Assembly (NCBI GenBank): GCA_051294905.1
Contig: CM119372.1
Span: 12,030,001-12,094,000 of the forward strand
Direction: 5' to 3'
DNA from: Botryllus schlosseri
Lineage: Eukaryota
DNA: 64,000 nucleotides
Shown: positions 25,921 to 39,300 of the stretch, piece after piece
Numbering within the stretch: position 1 is the stretch's first letter
Layout of the letters: every line of letters starts with the position of its first letter
Translations under genes and position numbers: made by a program
Notes under the pieces: model-generated
Databases searched by the model: none
What the model was told of the DNA's origin: nothing
Seen by the model: only the letters and a program-made list of their open reading frames with translations

Positions 25921-26885
25921 ATAACTATAGCCTACATTACAATGAAGTGCCCGCCCACCACGCAAATTTCGTACCTTGATGCCATCATACAGCTACCGCG
26001 ATACGACACCAACTATTTCTGTGTGTTTTCGCATCTAACATATCACATCTAACATAGCCAAAAATCAAATAAATTACTTTCGCGGCGAAATTTTGATACG
26101 TTTACAACCCTTATAAGTATATTTAAGATGAAAAATCTGCCATACTCACTAACACAGAGAGGAGCTTGCTATAACCATTCGATTGTTAGTGCACAACCAA
26201 TCTTGTGGCCTAAATGCTACACATAGCGACAACTCGCTTACGTATCCTTCCAACTCTTTCCTGGCAATAGTGTGCAGCGAACTACAAGTTTATGACATGT
26301 ATTTCTCGATGGTTGATGCGACGCTGTATGACTACCGCCTTCTATGTGCTCAAAAATTCCGCGAAGGATACTTATGTCCACAATCAGACAGTAAGTGAAG
26401 CATATCCGAACCGAGAAGACACAGAACAAATTTGATGATCTCAAGTCTCGATAAAGCTAGCAGCGCTAGACGTCCTTTGGCTTTTTATGACAGTATTTGA
26501 CTCACAAAACCTAAACTTGGGTATTAGTTTGTGCTTGCCCATTCATTCTTAAACTGTGTACCGCGGCGCTCTATAACAGCTGATTCGCGCAATATCTAAT
26601 AAATAAGCAGTATACCTGTACAGTGTACATGTGACGATTAAACCAATTACGGCATTGCCGATAGAGCAACATAATTGACACGCCATAATTGGGCTGCTAT
26701 GCTATGAGCACTGAGCAGTGTTCATTGAGCACATTGTCTGGAATTCAGCTGGCACTGCTACCTTACTCCACAGAATTTACTGTTGAAAAGCTTTGAAAGG
26801 TAGTTAATCATTTGGGAAGAATCCTTCTGCAAAAGAAGAACTGCTCATTGATTTACGAAACGACCAACTCTGGATCCACAAAAAT

Positions 26886-27153
26886 TAGCGGTGGTCAGTA
26901 ACGAAGTACTTCTACTTTCCGAAGTAGGCTACATCAAATAGATTTTGCCTACTTGCTCTACGGTCTACACGTCCTCAAGTAGGTCTGATTTTAGAATAGG
27001 CTACTTCTACTAACACTTGACAGTTTTCAGTTTTCTAGGCAAACGTAAGCCTAGAATACTTACTTGTAAATAGATACTTATACTTAAGTAGATATCTAAG
27101 GCGTTACTTGTACTTCTACTTGAGTACCGACGATGGCTACTTCGACCACTTCT
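26886..27153. mobile_element. CTACTT-repeat MITE; family members also at ~250-358, ~44321-44490, ~47690-47856, ~58746-58890
   Basis: TAGCGGTGGTCAGTAAC ... TTCGACCACTTCTG termini, with dense CTACTT/AAGTAG motifs. Confidence 0.7.
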
Positions 27154-29668
27154 GTAATATATTCATATTGAAATAAACCGGAGTATTTTCTGCTGAAAAT
27201 CGTAAGGGGTAACCGTCAACAACTAGTACAGAATTGGAAAGAACATAGTATAAATCAACAATCGTATCGCCAAATATGACGTCACCGGGATGAAATTTCG
27301 TATAATCGAGACGAAGAGGTCGCTTAAGCTCAATGTACAATTTTTAGATGACACACGAACCCCTTGACCAATGTTTGGCTGTTTCCTTCCAAATCCTATT
27401 CTAATATCGGCACAGAAGTAATCAGAATTTTGTATCTTCATAGCTATGTGATTATGAATTTTCCGATTTAGCTCTGATTAAAAGCTATAAATGACGGAGA
27501 CTGCTGATATTTGAAGATGAAATGCAGGTGTTTGTCAACAATGCAACCTCGTTGCAATCGCATATGTTCGCATTCTCTTTAACATACACAAAACACATCA
27601 TGTCAACACGTGAAAACTTTTTTTTCAATGCAACGTTCTTTCTTGGCAGTGTTTTTAATTTTTCTAGTGTGTCACAAGCTGAAAAAGTTTAGAAACCACT
27701 TGGTAGCCTATACATGTTGCAAAGTCCAAATAATACCTGATCTAATTATACTGATAGTGATAAAAAGGTTTGGATCGCGGCCTAAGATACGTTTCGATAT
27801 TCATGATGCTCCAATTACAATTATGAGTAACGGAATAAAATCTTACCTACTTTCCGATTTATCTTATCCGCAGAGAAACTGGCTACGCGTGATTGGGACG
27901 TCATTATCCTACACAAACTTTGATGATGCCTTCATGCATACCCCTGTCGCTTTCATCGCGACGCAAAACTACCAACGATAACTACAAATGAAAAGAAAAC
28001 TATCCTACGCCCTTGCAGCATTACCGGATCTCGTCTTTTATTGATTGATTGATTAATTTGTTCGTTCAACAAAAGCATGACGATACCTGATGACACAACT
28101 ACGCGGCATCCATCTTAACAATTTTAGGTTGCGCTAATACGTGTGCTTTATCTGTACCGCTGCCAATAATTTTATTATGACCCACGTTATACTTTCACAT
28201 AGTTTGGCTTCGAGGCCCTCTTCGTATTTTCAAAAGGAAATTCTTCAAAATTTTCGATTCGTAGCTTATGTTTGGGAAAACGACTCGAGTATAAAGAGTC
28301 GATATTTTTGGAGTACCCAAATTAAACGTACCTGACTCTCTGTTGCCTCCGAGAGATCAATTATCATGGAGCATCGTCGTTTCGATAGGCGTATTTCTTC
28401 CTAATCCGAATGGCTTATTGACACATACATTTCATGCCCCATATCTCGCGAGTTGCGATACTAGTGCGGAGTATACCATAAACTTTAAAAACCTACCACT
28501 CCGCACCCGGGCGGGTTCTGTCTCATGTCTTCCAGTACCTCGATACAGCCTTTCAAAATAGTGACACAATCATCGAGTAATAGTAAAGTCATTTATAGCA
28601 ATTATACCAGCGAAACACAAGCACTCATTGCCAAGCCAGCACTACAAAATCAACAGTAATAACAGCACTATCGAGTCGTTAACAAAACAAGAAATTGCAA
28701 TCAGCCCAATACAGCAGACAAACAGCGTAAAACAGGTATAATATTATGTGTTATCAACGGTCTGGCACCATGTACTCGGAAATGAAAGCAGTAGGAAATA
28801 TTCAAATGCACCAGATGAAGATTGTGCAGAATATGACAAGAGTCCGGTAACATAATCGACAAATGAAGACTACATAGTACTGCGCTACCATGATGGGTTG
28901 AACTTATAAACTAATTAGTTACAAAGAAATACATGTACCAAGCATGAAGATACCTAGAAAAAGCTAAAAATAACATATTTTTACTACTCCACATGTATTA
29001 TTGAGGGCAAAGTGTTAGAAAAAAGTGCGGGTAAATTATTAACAGTCCAATACTGCAGGACATTATCAAGTTGGCTTCATATAAGTGCCTTGCAAAACTG
29101 TAAACAAAGACGGCAGAGTGAAAAAATTGGTCGCAACATACTAATTGCATCGTATACTAATGGAATATTGAGATACTGCACCATAGTCAAATGATGTTCA
29201 AACGACCCATACCTAAACACTAGAAATATATCCGATATACAGACACCTGATGTCAATCGAAAAACTGTAACACAATGGTAAACTGCATTTGCAGGCATCA
29301 GCCTACTGTAACATTATTCATTTTACGAGGACGGGATTCAAGCAATGGGTTAAGCATGATGAACAACAATTGCATGTCAATCCTGTACTACGATAAGCAC
29401 AGCTTTTCTTCATGCACTCCGCAGCAAAATACCATCCACCTATATGCGATCTGACCACGAATTAGCTACGTGCGCCTGTCTGTTGGAATGTTGTTTCAGT
29501 ATACATGAAGGTCCCATGTTGTTTAGTTTAGCGATGGCGGTGGCAAGTAAATATTATTCCACATTAGGAAAATCTCGGGGCTGATCCAATCAATACTCCG
29601 TCTCCAGACGCATATAAAGAGTTGTGCTTCACACGCATCGGAGCCTGTCAGAAACGAGGCCTGTGTGT

Positions 29669-30269
29669 CAGGCCTGTTCAAAAATAACCTTTTTTCCTGA
29701 ATCTTGCTGGCTACGTGATTAAATCGTTAGGTTGCCTTAAAAAACGACGCACACCAAATTTGAATTCATTCCAACCAATATTCGATGTTTTCGTAGAGTT
29801 TGAAAATTTTGAATTTGCCCAAAAACGCAAAAAATTTTTTTTCAAATTTTACTGCTAACCCCATGAAATTGTTGGGCTGTCTTCAAAAACTATGCAAAAC
29901 AAATTTGACTCAATTCCAAGCCGTAGAAGCGGAGTTATTCCAGTTTTTCGATGAAAATTCTTGGATTATCCACCGATCAAGGATAATCCCAGAATCGTCA
30001 AAGAAAAACTGAAATAACTCCGCTTCTACGGCTTGGAATTGAGTCAAATTTGTTTTGCATAGTTTTAGAAATTTCATGGGGTTGGCAGAAAAATTTGAAA
30101 AATTCTTTTGCGTTTTTGGGCAAATTCAAAATTTTCAAACTCTACGAAAACCGTGAATATTGGTTGGAATGAATTCAAATTTGGTGTGCGTCGTTTTTTA
30201 AGGCAACCTAACGATGTATTCACGTAGCCAGCAAGATTCAGGAAAAAAGGTTATTTTTGAACAGCCCTG
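29669..30269. mobile_element. Near-perfect 600-bp hairpin MITE, copy 1
   Basis: CAGGCCTGTTCAAAAATAACC ... GGTTATTTTTGAACAGCCCTG. The arms are reverse-complementary nearly to the centre. Sister copy at 48986-49604. Confidence 0.92.
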
Positions 30270-30390
30270 TGCAAGTATAGGGCGATACCACTATGAATAC
30301 GAACTTACTAACTAAGCCAAAATACAACTGCCGAATAGTACTAGCGTGGCGTCATTTCGTCTACTATACTGCTACTATACTGCTTAGTGC

Positions 30391-33300
30391 TTACACATTA
30401 GGTCTCAAAGGCAAAGTGGAATCGATCCATTGGCCCGGAGCGTCGATAGCTGACTGCCACACGGCAGATTCCGTCGCGGAAGCGTCCATCCATTTCTCTT
30501 CCCCTGCGTCCGGGCCGAGGTTCAGGCGGCAACCGCCGAGCACCGTGGAGCCTTGCAACCTGTCCTTGTGACACACGGCGAGTTGAAGGCAGCTTTCCTC
30601 GATCGGTTGTTGCAGAGGGAAACGGACGTTGTAATTCCACTCGGGAGACATGGTTTTCGAGATCACCGGCGTCTTCTGGCGGAGTTGCCTGTTCGGCTGC
30701 ATCAGTCTGAACGTGAACGTGAATTGGGTGAAAATTAAAACGGTGGCTCTTAAACCGGGGTTCACACGAACCGCCGGGATTCGCTGAGCTAGTCTTAGGA
30801 GTTCAGCGGACGTCAAGACGCACAACCGTCTTGTACAGCAGAACTCACACTGATGCAGTAAATATTCATTATAATCTTTTGTATAAGATCATGTTTAATG
30901 GTATTTTTCTTTTAACACTGCTGTTGATGCATAGTTCATTTTGCGCACGAGTTTAATGTGGTGAATCTTTGTTTTTGTGACTCGGCGAAAATTTGGGGTT
31001 CACCGTAGGCCTGCAGATAGTAGAAGGTTAGGCACGGCGAGAATGTTAAGAAATGCTTGGTTAAACAACGCACAAATCGCAAACAACGACTCCGTCGTTT
31101 CGTAACGCCAACAATTTCCTCGAGACCTCCATTGGAGTAATAAATGCCCACATTCTCAGTCTTCGTCTGGATTCCGGCGTTCCAATCAACTACAGCACGC
31201 GATCTCAAAAAGCTTACGCATTAAAACAATTCCCGTCACTTGTTGAAATCATGTCAGCGCCACATATAAATGTTCATTGTTCAGGGCGTAGCCAGACGAC
31301 GAAAGCAAGGGTGATCACTTTGTTTTACGCTAGTTGTCTTCAAGACCCGAGAGATGCTCCGTGCTCGCGGTACACGTCATGACGTCAACGCCATTTTCTA
31401 AGATTAATTTCGTTACTAAACACTGCCGCATCGTCGATGTAATTAACCATCCCCTGGCAGAGACGTACCACCACCGCCACTTAACGAGTACAGAGGCGTG
31501 AGCGAATGCATGCTCTCAAACGGCTTCCCGTCGCACGCGCGAGGATACCGCAAACCAACCCCGATTGTATTACTGACAGTAGCTCGCCGTTCTGTCTAAC
31601 CCTGCAAACAGGGATATAACTTCAGGGATGGAGAAAAATGTGAAATGATATCATTTGAAATTGCTGTTAATTGTTGTAATTTAAAATTGCTACGCACGCT
31701 ACGTTGCGCTACGTGAGACTTGCAGACTTGTACAAATTACTGGGTTTTCAATTTTTACAACTCGCAACTTCAACTGGAACTAGAGCTACCCGATTTTCAA
31801 AATCCGCAACTAGAACTACCCAATTTTCAAAACCCGCAACGAGAACTAGAACTACAATTACTCAATTTTAAAAATCAGCAATTCTTAGAACTAGGCCTAC
31901 TCAAAAACCGTTAGTTAGTTGACCACCAACTAACTAAATGTTTAGTTTGTACAAGTCTAGAGAGTTGTAATTTGAAATTGTAAATCTGAACGTCACTGGG
32001 AAGGAATGTTCATTTTTCGCCGATTATTAGGAAGACAATGTGGATTTGAAAACGTTTTTGTCATACTGGCGACGCCATGTCTGCGTTTCTCTCAGATCAA
32101 GCAACACATCGCGCGCCTCGGGTGTGCCTACAACGAATTCACGGGCGTTATTGGTCACCGGCATGACAGCAACTTTGTTATTGCAATTATACAAACTTCG
32201 CATCAGACCCGACAGATCAGACTTGTCCCATGTACATCCCGAAATACCTGTCTCGTTTTTTCATCAGGGTAAAATTGTAGCAGTAAGCTAGCAGCAACTA
32301 GCTGAAACGTAACTGTTAGCGAAATTAACAAAATAAAGAGTATTTGACACAAATTTTCAGATTTAGAAAATCGGGGTTGCAACCCCTTAAATACGCCACT
32401 GGTTTATACCATCCATTACCGACCGCAACTATAACAAGAAACCGCAGACGTTGGCTTCTAGAGATATGCTGCGCGTGTTTATGAGGTAGTACATACTGTC
32501 CAGTCCGACTTACATCTTGACAAAGGAATCGACTGTTCTGCTTGATCTCGAAGGCATCAGATTCTTTGCCCCCTTGATAAGAAGATGTAGTTCCCCGTAT
32601 GGCGTCTTTGGCTCGTCCGATGGTCGGCAGGGAACAAATTTCAGAGCGAGAAAGAAATCGCCTCTGTACACATTGCCTTTTGCAAAGTCGGCATTCAATG
32701 CATCCTGGAAATAGACACCGAAATTTTCAGGGTTTTCGGCAAATTCTCATTCAAATACACTGAAATTACTGTTCACCAACTTAAGATGAACTGCACCAAA
32801 CAAAAATGAGAAAAATTCACCCCTATACGTCGATCTGAATAACTGAATATAGACCTGTACGTTTGTTGAAGCGACCACGCTACCCTACCAACCAGAGGTG
32901 GTCAAGTGATAGCCAATACAAGCCATATCAAAAGTACGCACTACATGGTAAGATAACGTAGAACAGCAATTCTCATATCGGTGTTCGCGGACTAGCTTGG
33001 GTCTGTACACCAGTTTAAGAGGCTCCACAATGAGAATGTCAATGATGATTGAGATTCGATAATAAATATTGTAAGGTGCTTTTAGTTTGTGAATGCTTTA
33101 GACCAGGGGTGTCAAACTCAAACTAACGTCGAGGGCCGGATTTAAAACTTCAGATCGATCGTGGGCCGCACCAAAACACCTCAAAATCCATGCCCTTGTT
33201 TTTCATTTGAATACCTCATTAACCAGCCTATACGCAATAGTATATTACGGATCATAGGGATTACATTCGATTTTATTCATATTACTATATCGCGATTATG

Positions 33301-36300
33301 GTTTCTCGAGGCCAGAGGCCTTTTGAGTGATGCAGCAGTTCGAGCACAGATATTTGAATTATATTTCTTTTCAACTATTCTATTTTCCATGTAACCTGCA
33401 TCTAAGGGTTTCGCGTTGGCGTTTTAGCATCTGTGAATAACTAGTTTTTGGTCAGTTTTTCTCTAAAACTCTGAAATGAATATGCACTTTCTTACCTTCT
33501 CGGAATTGGGTTAAGAAACCGCAACACCGCTGTATGGTTGTTATAATAAGGCCCATGAAACATACTCAACATTTGCTGTCTTGAGGGATTATTTGATAGA
33601 AGTATATTTCTCGCTGGATGTTGCAATATTTGTTAGAAATGTGCTGGATAATACACGCATTTTTCAATCTACTCAGAATTGCTTTGCGGGCCGGATGAAA
33701 TCATCTGGCGGGCCTTATGCTTGAAACCCCTGCTTCAGACATTACAGCTGCACCCTGTACTATTACGATGTACTAGAAAATTATTATTAGGCTATGTTTT
33801 GAACATTATCTGTCATCACTAGGACGGTTTTTTTTACCTAAAAAATGGAAAATTTTGACCTAAAATTTTGACATGTCAGAAAAAATCGCCATATCCATCA
33901 CTATTAGTTATTAGATGTGCTTCATTATTCGATAATATGGCATGTTTCCGATGTCTCTTGTGACAGCATAAAGTCAGAACTATAATGTACTACCTGCTAC
34001 CAGGGTATCGTTATCAGTTTTCCTGTAGCAATCTTTTTGATTTTTACCGGGCGGCGAAATATCAAGATAATTTCAAAGGGTCTGTCAGGCAAAATACTCT
34101 GAACAGTTCGGGAATCACTGTTGCAGAAGAACGTGTGGACTGTGGAGGTGTGCCACAACATCCAACAAAGGTAGCAAGTAGTACGCTACTAACCTTTTGC
34201 CTCAGAGGAAACCAATTCTCATTTTTGCTATCCCAATCCCAATTGTCGAGCGGCACCAAAACTTCCCCGAGAAAGAGATTCCTGGAAAACGTCCCGGCGT
34301 GCCAAACAGACAGCTCGAGTGTCCTGGTGCTCAGTTCGCTATGGCTCACGGAAAACTGCAAGCGAACGAAAAGTGAACACTTGTAGCGAGACAGCACGAC
34401 ATCGACGAACCTTGAGACGTTTTCCGAAAACCGGATTGATCGTACGTTTCTTGACATCAGTCTTCTGCTTGTGCTTGCGGTCCGGGAGCAGGTAACACTT
34501 GACGTAAGGGTCGGAGCGTTTGCGTCTTCTGTCGGCCGTGGCGATATTACGACACTCCACGACGTTCACCAGCAGGAAATTTGCTCTAAAAGCGGATGTG
34601 CCTGACTAAAAGTCAAGTTTGGTTTTCTTGTAGCGGAAACATACTTGTAGTTGTATCCGAGTGAAAACTTGACTTCGCCCGTTATCGTCAAGTCGTGAAG
34701 GCCCACGCTGTTGAGGCTGGTGTTGCTTTGCTGCAAGATATCATTGGTTGGTTCACTGTTCGGCCTTTACGGAAAACAAAACGTGTGTTCTTACGGAGAG
34801 GTTGGGAACAGATGATGACATATCCCTTGAATGTTGATAGTCAAGGCTGACGGTAGAGCTCGAGATCTTGCGATTCTGCGAAATAATATTCAAATTTCCA
34901 TCACCCTCACACTTAAAGTTGGACTAGGAGCAAGCTCAAACACAGAAGGGTTTGGAAGGTCAGCACAATTTTTTTTCAATACAAGGATGTCGCAATCTCA
35001 CTGACATCGACAACATAATTATTTTGCAAGAATTTCGTGATAAAAATAACAATTAGATTCTCGTCCGCAAAAGGATCGATGTACAAATGAAAAGTTCAGA
35101 GTTGCCTTAATTTTCAGAATTTGATATCACATCTCAAGAGGGATATTCGATCGAGCGTTAAGCACGCAAGCATCAAGCGTAACGGAACATCTTGGCACAG
35201 GGATATTTTTATTGTGATTTGAACAGTAAAATAGGAATACAAAATTCAACAAATCTAGCTTACACTTCCCACGCCGCCGTTTCTCGTCGGGCTAGCGGGC
35301 GATTGGTAGACGGTGGGCACAGACGCGCTAAATTTATTCTGCCGCACCAATTTCTCGTTCAAGCGTCTCGGCGCTGCCGTTGGGGGGAGTTTGTCAACGC
35401 CGTCTTTCGCCTCCTCCTTGTGGTCTGGTGTGTCCTCGTCGCCCGAGTACGGCGTGCTGCTGCTCCTGCTCACCGTGTATGTGCGCCAGCGTTGCTTCGC
35501 GTCGTTGTTGGACCGCATTTGATCTGCAAGAGGTTGGTCTCAGCGATTAACAACAAATCCTGGGTTTTCAATACTTTATTACGAGCGTGAAGCGAATTAC
35601 AGGCAGGAACAAGCAGCGAGTCGCAATGTACGCCAAAGTGACCGCGGCTGTTTCGGTGTTCAATTGTCTCATCAAAGCAGGGATACAACAAAAACTAGAG
35701 AAGGGTTGTGTAAAAAAATTTGAGGAATTTGAGTTCAAGCTGAAAATTGGCCACTAGCTATGCTCATGTTTTGCTGGCATTTTTTGTTGCCTATACGTCT
35801 ATGACTTCATATTGGATTCAAGTGCTGTAGTTATACGGTACTCACGTTTTTTAATTTCCTCATTTGCGGAAAGCGGGAATGAAGCGTGTCAGCTCAAGTT
35901 TCAATACATTTACAAGGATTAGGCACAATTATTCGAGTACTCAAATCCGAGCGGAGTATTAAGTTTAATGGTTCGAGTCGTGCAGTGAGAGATAATTTTT
36001 ATGAGTACTGAAATTATACGCCCCTTGCCCCAAGAGTTGATTTTTGAAGGCGAACTATCGTTTTTATAAATACTATTTCCACTGTGGAGGTCTTGAAACC
36101 TTTATTGGTCGCATCAATGCACACGAAACATGTAGTACATAACTACACATTTCTATGAAGTCGTGCCAAATGCAGCCCGCAAGAAGGTTTTGAGTAGCCC
36201 GTGTGGTAATTCTCGTAGTTAGTTATAGTATCAAAAAGAATAAACTAGCCAGGTAATTTATTGTGAACTTGAAAGACCAACCTAAAATTTGATAAGCCTG

Positions 36301-39300
36301 ACCGCGAGCTTTGGCATGTTGGTGACTCAAATATCAGTTCCGACGCATTGGCGTAGCCAGGGGCCCTCTGCAAGTTTTGTAGATCTTCGTATATGACCAT
36401 AAAGTAGAATTTTTCGGGGCAGATTTTTGACTTGATATTTTTCTCAACACTTCGCGCTATTTATTGTCACTCGATTTCTTGCTTTTAGTATCAGTGAATT
36501 GAGTGTAACTATATTCGCGATTATGAGAGAACGTGTCGTCCAACATGCGACTTCGTGTCTGCACTGATAGACGCATGTTCACTCAAATCTTATTGACATA
36601 TCTTGATATTTCGAAGCGGCGATTAATCAATGAATAAATGAATGATCAATGATTAATCAATGGTACTTATATTACTAAGCACGAAAATCGATAACAGTTA
36701 TGTCATGAAATGCTGTGGACATGTCCTATCCGTGCAAGGCGTGAAATTTTTTCAAAGTTAATGAATGAATTCGGTCAAGAATAATGTTAGTTGCATATAT
36801 TGCGGACCGCCTCTGTATACGGCTAGGCTCATTTGGCAAGGACAGGATTATTCGGGTCATGGACATATCAATATCGCATATTTCGGCGAACATGCGTCTA
36901 TGATTCTGTGCAAAGCTTTCAATCACGACGATCTTTCTTCGCCTGCAGAAGCTAGGACGCACGTTGGATGAATTGGGTACCAATACTAAAAGCAAGAAAT
37001 CGAGTGACAACATATCGCGGGCAGTGCTCAGAAAAATATCAAGTCGAACGAATCTGCCACTAAATATTCTACTTTATGGTCATATACGAAGATCTACGAA
37101 ACATGTGTCTGGCTACGCAAATACATCAGAACTGGTATTTTAGTCATTAACATCCTAAATTTCGTGGTCAGGCTCATCAAATTTTTGGTTAGCCTAGCAG
37201 GTTCACAATAAGGTACCTGGGTAACTGATTTTGAGAATTACCTCGCGGGCCACTCAAAACATTCTGGCGGGCCACGGGTTGGGCGCCCCTGTACTAGCTG
37301 ATATGACGTCATTTCGAGTGATACTCTACTACTGAACTCGAAACGTAATACTCGATTCAGAATTGAATCACACAGGTACTCGGTTAATTACATAATGAAT
37401 GTAAGCTTAGGGAGGAAGTAGGATGTGGGGGATACGTTTTCAGCTCATATTTCAGATGGAACACGCGAGAACCTTTCTGCTGCTGCAAGTATTCTTCAAA
37501 CGCTCCGTCTATGCTTCGTGAATCAATCGAGCTGTCCGACGCCAGTTCGTCCTCGACTTCTAGGCTAAAGAGGTAAATAGTGCCATCTAGTCGGTGAATT
37601 AAAATTCAATCGATAACAAGCACAATCGGTTACCTGTCTTCACGCGAAAGTATATACGACTGATTGTTGACGTCTTCACCGCCGTTACCATAACCATTCG
37701 ATTTGTCCACCTCACGGGCTTTGAACTTCTTGTGCTGAGCCAGCAGCAACGTTGCTACGTCCGCCATCTTCGGATGCCGTTGCGGGCTGAAGCGATGTCA
37801 CAGTCGGAGTTAATTTCACCGACGGTGCGACTACCGAATTGCAACCTACCTCATTGGCGGTAAGTTCCTGGGCAGTGATTTGGTTTGCCTAGATACTTGA
37901 GGCGATGTCGGAACAGATTCTGCTTCGCTGGAAAGTGTGCGCTGACGAAAGTTATGCCTGTCATACGAGTTATCGCAGTCAGACGGGAAAACCAACCTCC
38001 AACACTAATGGGAAAACCAACCTCCTTAACGACTGGATCGTTCCGGTCTCGGCAGGTCCAAGGCCTTCTCTCCTGGGTATCACCTTCCTTGATTCGGTCG
38101 AGCTACCGGTTCCGTAGCTGTTATTGCTGGACGCCGCTAAGAACAGATTTGACCGATATAAAATTTCCCGGCAAGCACTGACGTTAACAGGGCTGTGGAG
38201 TTTCAATACATATTCTCTCGATAAAGTCGATAGAAGGTAGAGTCGGAGTAACAAAAAAATTTGTAACATCTTTGGAATCGGGGTTGGGAAACACTGGAGT
38301 CCGAGTCTGGAGTCGGAGTTCGTTAAAATTCTCGGACTCCGACTGCAACTACTTTAAAATCGAACCAAACATTCTTAAATGTTGCTATAAACGTTGCTTC
38401 ATTTACAAAAGTTGATGCGTTGTTCACATAGGCGAACCTTAACAAACACTATTTCTTTCTGCGGTCGCAATTTTATTGAGGATGCAATCATTCAAAAAAA
38501 TAGACCGATTCACAGGGTATAAATAATAACTAAAACATGTAACAAACGTCGAGTTAAGTGAAGAAAATATCAGTAATTGTTTGTTTAAAATTTCAGGAGT
38601 CGGAGCCACAGTTTGTGGTAAAGTAAACCGACTCCACAGCACCGGACAGACTTTTGTTCAACATCCGAGAGATAAGGAAACGGCCGACCTTTCTTCGAGG
38701 ATGTTTTAGAATTCGACGACGCGGGAGTGCACGTGATTTCAGGCTGGATGCGATTTGGCGAGTTTCTTTTGTCGACTGCAACGATACACGACTGTGAACA
38801 CGACCTGGCGAAAGCCAACATACACGGAGTTCTTACAATGCACCGGCTTGACGAGTACGGCCTGCTTGACGAGAGTGCTGCCGTCTTGCAGAGTACGCAG
38901 TTCCGGACGCATCATTCCGTAAAACCATTCTCCGGTTTCGGCTTTTAATTTACTGCCGACACAAAATAGCTGTTTCGATAAATATGCTCGATAAACACAA
39001 CCGACAGTGAATTGGCAGTAAACAATCGAAAGCAAACAGCGTTAATCAACCTCCACCGAATATCATATCCTGGGAACATACACTTGTCAAACAGGCACTC
39101 GGTGAAAAAGATAGAGTGGATGGTGAGCAAACCATCTTGAGATGTCACTGGTATCTTTGCTGCCTATAAATACACACCCTATATTGACAATGACGACAGG
39201 CATGATCACAAAACACACATCGATATGAGCATGAATTGAACAGTAGTCAGCCGAATCCAAAAGAAAATACAGGCAGTTAAGGTCAATCATACAAAAATAT

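Noticed and set aside
27137..27981. Short ORFs as an additional gene
   Set aside because: No recognisable domain or consistent exon chain.
31720..31914. LELELP-repeat ORF; likewise PTPT and GAGA ORFs at 18945 and 24383
   Set aside because: Translations of hexamer subterminal MITE repeats.
34194..34585. Loss of Ca2+-binding aspartates in C2A as a novelty
   Set aside because: The WHxGxFxRNxFLGE pattern is typical of SYTL4-type Ca2+-independent C2 domains.
37434..38179. Alternative SYTL splice sites (acceptor at 38178, donor at 37435)
   Set aside because: They are phase-incompatible with neighbouring exons or introduce stops. The chosen sites give a continuous frame.
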